41,366 bases of DNA from Clostridia bacterium (GTDB lineage: Bacteria > Bacillota > Clostridia > Oscillospirales > CAG-272), in assembly GCA_017619885.1 (NCBI GenBank), contig JAFZRM010000024.1:1-41366 (forward strand), read 5' to 3'. Each line of letters starts with the position of its first letter. The stretch's first letter is position 1. The position numbers were made by a program, and so were the translations under genes. Positions 36,824 to 41,366 of the stretch are shown here, in pieces. The notes under the pieces are model-generated. The model made no database searches, was not told where the DNA came from, and saw only the letters and a program-made list of their open reading frames with translations.

Positions 36824-37810
36824 TTATTTCAATACTTCCGTCAGAACTCTTTTTACGTTCTTGTAAAACACTTTATCCGCCTGATCCTCGCTCAGTCCCA
36901 TGCCGACGAGGCAGTCCCAGAGCATCGGAGCGTACGAGGGATCGCGTACCTGGAGCCTTCTTGAATTAATACCGTCGTAATCGGTACCGATACCGACGAC
37001 GTCTTCGCCGCCGACCTTGATGAAGTGCATAACGTGCGCCGCGAGATCCTGCGCCGTTATCACCTCCGGCCTGTCTTCGCGCACGAAAGCGGGGCAGTAG
37101 TTGATTCCGGAAACGCCGCCGTGCTCGGCGAGCACTCTGATCATATCGTCGGTCAGGTTCCTCGTATGACCGCAGAGCTCGCGGCAGTTTGAATGAGACG
37201 CCACGAAAGGACCTTTGACGATGTCGGCGACGTCGTAGAACGATTTATCGGAGCTGTGCGACGTATCGACTACCATGCCGAGCTCGACCATGTACTCCAC
37301 TATCTCTTTGCCTTTTTCCGTAAGACCGTTCACGGTGTCGGGGCTTACGCTGCCGTTGTTGACGTCTACCAGATTCGGGTGACCGAGACTGTTCTTGAAG
37401 TTCCACGTTATATTCATCATACGCGCGCCGCGGTCGTAGAAATGCTTCAGCTTCTCGGCTGAGCCTTCGACGCATTCGCCCTCTTCGAGCGTCAGCAGAG
37501 CCGATATCTTTCCGTTCTTTTCGTTTTTCTCCATATCACCGCGGCAAAGCAGAGGAGCTATATATTCTTTATTTTTTTCAAGTTCCTCATAATACAGATC
37601 CGTGAGCGCGTTCGCATGCTCGTACGCGGAGTCGACCTTCATAAGATACGTGAACATCGCGAAGCACTGTATATAAGCTCCGCCGGCGCCGAGCCGCTTT
37701 ATATCTATATCAAGATCGTTTTCATAAAGCGAATAAGGCTTGCCTTCGAGCTTTTTGCGGTACAGCTCCGAAATCGTATCGCAATGCATGTCAATAAACT
37801 TGTGTTTCAT
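36824..37810 (-). CDS. Membrane dipeptidase (peptidase M19)
   Basis: DMHCDT, LTLEEG, VDTSH, ASHSN, RNLTD, GTDYDG. Confidence 0.92.
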   Translation of the reverse strand: MKHKFIDMHCDTISELYRKKLEGKPYSLYENDLDIDIKRLGAGGAYIQCFAMFTYLMKVDSAYEHANALTDLYYEELEKNKEYIAPLLCRGDMEKNEKNGKISALLTLEEGECVEGSAEKLKHFYDRGARMMNITWNFKNSLGHPNLVDVNNGSVSPDTVNGLTEKGKEIVEYMVELGMVVDTSHSSDKSFYDVADIVKGPFVASHSNCRELCGHTRNLTDDMIRVLAEHGGVSGINYCPAFVREDRPEVITAQDLAAHVMHFIKVGGEDVVGIGTDYDGINSRRLQVRDPSYAPMLWDCLVGMGLSEDQADKVFYKNVKRVLTEVLK

Positions 37811-37852
37811 ATATACCCCCGGAGAATATCCGGCACAGCCGGATTTTTCAAT

Positions 37853-37881
37853 ATTATATCATTACAGCTGACTTTTGTCAA
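37853..37881 (-). promoter_or_regulatory. Consensus sigma-A promoter for the dipeptidase operon
   Basis: TTGACA (37881-37876), 17 bp spacer, TG-extended TATAAT (37858-37853). Confidence 0.8.
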
Positions 37882-37911
37882 GTAAAAATCAAATTTAAAG
37901 GAGACTATACC

Positions 37912-38190
37912 ATGAATCCCATCCTGTACGTTATCCTCGGCTATCTCGCTGTCATCTCGATCATCTCGATCATCATCACGGTGCACGACAAAGCCGCCGC
38001 GAAGCTTAAAAACAGAAGAGTTCCGGAAAAGACTCTGCTCCTGTTCGGTCTGTTCGGCGGAGCGACCGCTATGTTCATCACTATGCTTCTCATACGCCAC
38101 AAAACGAAGCACGCGAAGTTCATGATACCGCTTCCGATCTTTGCGGTGATCCATATCGTCGCAGTCATACTGGCGTTCATGTATCTTTGA
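37912..38190 (+). CDS. DUF1294 family membrane protein
   Basis: DKAAA...RRVPEKTLLL...GG...M...RHKTKH.KF. Confidence 0.9.
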   Translation: MNPILYVILGYLAVISIISIIITVHDKAAAKLKNRRVPEKTLLLFGLFGGATAMFITMLLIRHKTKHAKFMIPLPIFAVIHIVAVILAFMYL

Positions 38191-38253
38191 GCCTGATTTG
38201 GCACTCGGCCGTTCGGATTTACAAATATTTCATAAATATTACACATAATTTCC

Positions 38254-38282
38254 TTGATTTTCGACGCCGTTGGTGGTACATT
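38254..38282 (+). promoter_or_regulatory. Sigma-A promoter of the hrcA operon
   Basis: TTGATT, 17 bp spacer, TG-extended TACATT just upstream of CIRCE. Confidence 0.6.
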
Positions 38283-38293
38283 ACAATCATAGA

Positions 38294-38320
38294 TTAGCAC
38301 TGCGTTATATTGAGTGCTAA
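38294..38320 (+). promoter_or_regulatory. CIRCE element (HrcA operator)
   Basis: TTAGCACTG-N9-GAGTGCTAA, one mismatch from consensus, directly before hrcA. Confidence 0.93.
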
Positions 38321-38335
38321 CCGGAGGGAGATAAT

Positions 38336-39413
38336 ATGTCTTTCGGAGATGAATTGTCACCGCGCAAAAAGCAAATACTGAAAGCGGTCATCGACGCGCA
38401 CATAGAGCTCGGCGAGCCGGTCGGCTCCAAGTACCTCACGGCGTCGACCGATATCGGGTTCTCGTCCGCCACGATACGAAACGAGATGGCGGAGCTTGAA
38501 GAGCTCGGATATCTCGAGCATCCGCACACGTCCGCCGGACGCGTTCCGACGACGCTCGGATACAGATTCTACGTTGACGGTCTTATGAACGAATACGCGC
38601 TGACTGCAAACGATCTGAGCATCTTAAACAAGCTCCAGCAGATAAAGATGACGGAGCTCGACAGGATACTGCAGACCGCGAGCAAGCTCACCGCCGCCGT
38701 AACCAATTACACCGGCGTAGCGGTCAAGCCGAGGCAGACGAGCCAGTCGGTGAAGTACTACCGCACCGCGCTGATAGATGAGAACAACTTCGTCATCTCG
38801 TTCATCATGGACGACAACCAGGTCAAATCCAAGTTCGTCAGCGTGCCGTTCAAAGTCACAGACGACGTACTCAACACGCTCTGCGGCGTACTTAACAACA
38901 ACATATCCGGCAGGACCAGCGATTCGATAACTCTGCCGATGATCATGAAGATGCAGTCCGAGATGGGTGAAAACGAAGCGCTGATCCCGTACGTGATCAA
39001 ATGCGTGTACGAGATCATCGGCGACGTCGGCATCGACGACGTGCATATCGAAGGCGTTGAGAACATGCTCGAATATCCCGAATATTCGGACACCTCAAAG
39101 CTGCGCGAGCTTCTGTCGCTGTTTGAGAAGAAGGAAGACCTCGTCGAACTCGTTCAGGGCTCCGACAAGGATTCGGTCTCCGTTTACATCGGCGGCGAGA
39201 GCGAAACGCCGGTGATGAGCAATTCTTCGATCATCGTAAAGCCGCTGAAGCGCAACGACAGCGTAGTCGGCGCGATAGGAGTCGTCGGACCGAACAGGAT
39301 GGAGTATCCGAAGGTCGTCAAGATCGTCGAATACATCGCCGATACGATAAGCAAACTGCTTTCGTCTAACGCCTTGACTGACGGAGACGGTAAAAAGAAA
39401 GAAGGAGACGGAG

Positions 39414-39421
<8 letters not shown>
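38336..39421 (+). CDS. hrcA: Heat-inducible transcription repressor HrcA
   Basis: EPVGSK, SSATIRNEMAELEELGYL.HPHTSAGRVPT..GYRFYVD, GVVGPNRM.Y. Confidence 0.97.

Positions 39422-41366
<1,945 letters not shown>

Noticed and set aside
38198-38224. Possible second CIRCE (TTGGCACTC-N9-GATTTACAA)
   Set aside because: The right half matches the consensus at only 5/9 positions; too weak to call.

Overview
A moderately GC-rich chromosomal segment from a Clostridia-like Firmicute. Housekeeping content: rlmD, tRNA-Glu(CTC), a SpoVB/MurJ-type flippase, a PrsA-like PPIase, luxS-mtnN and CIRCE-hrcA-grpE-dnaK (partial). Carbohydrate and surface content: two GH78 rhamnosidases, two tandem MacB-like ABC fusions, an FG-GAP/beta-propeller lipoprotein and three proteins with a KSN(T/A)G-TM-poly-K tail. 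The stand-out feature is at about 9.37-12.54 kb, directly downstream of rlmD. There, four AT-rich single-ORF units are separated by degenerate copies of the rlmD 3' end (HVE.VV..). Three of the four junctions also carry a fixed-geometry inverted repeat. This resembles an integron-like gene-cassette array that uses the rlmD 3' end as its attachment site and possibly the rlmD promoter for expression. No recombinase is encoded in the window. All family calls are from motif recognition by eye; no database searches were run.
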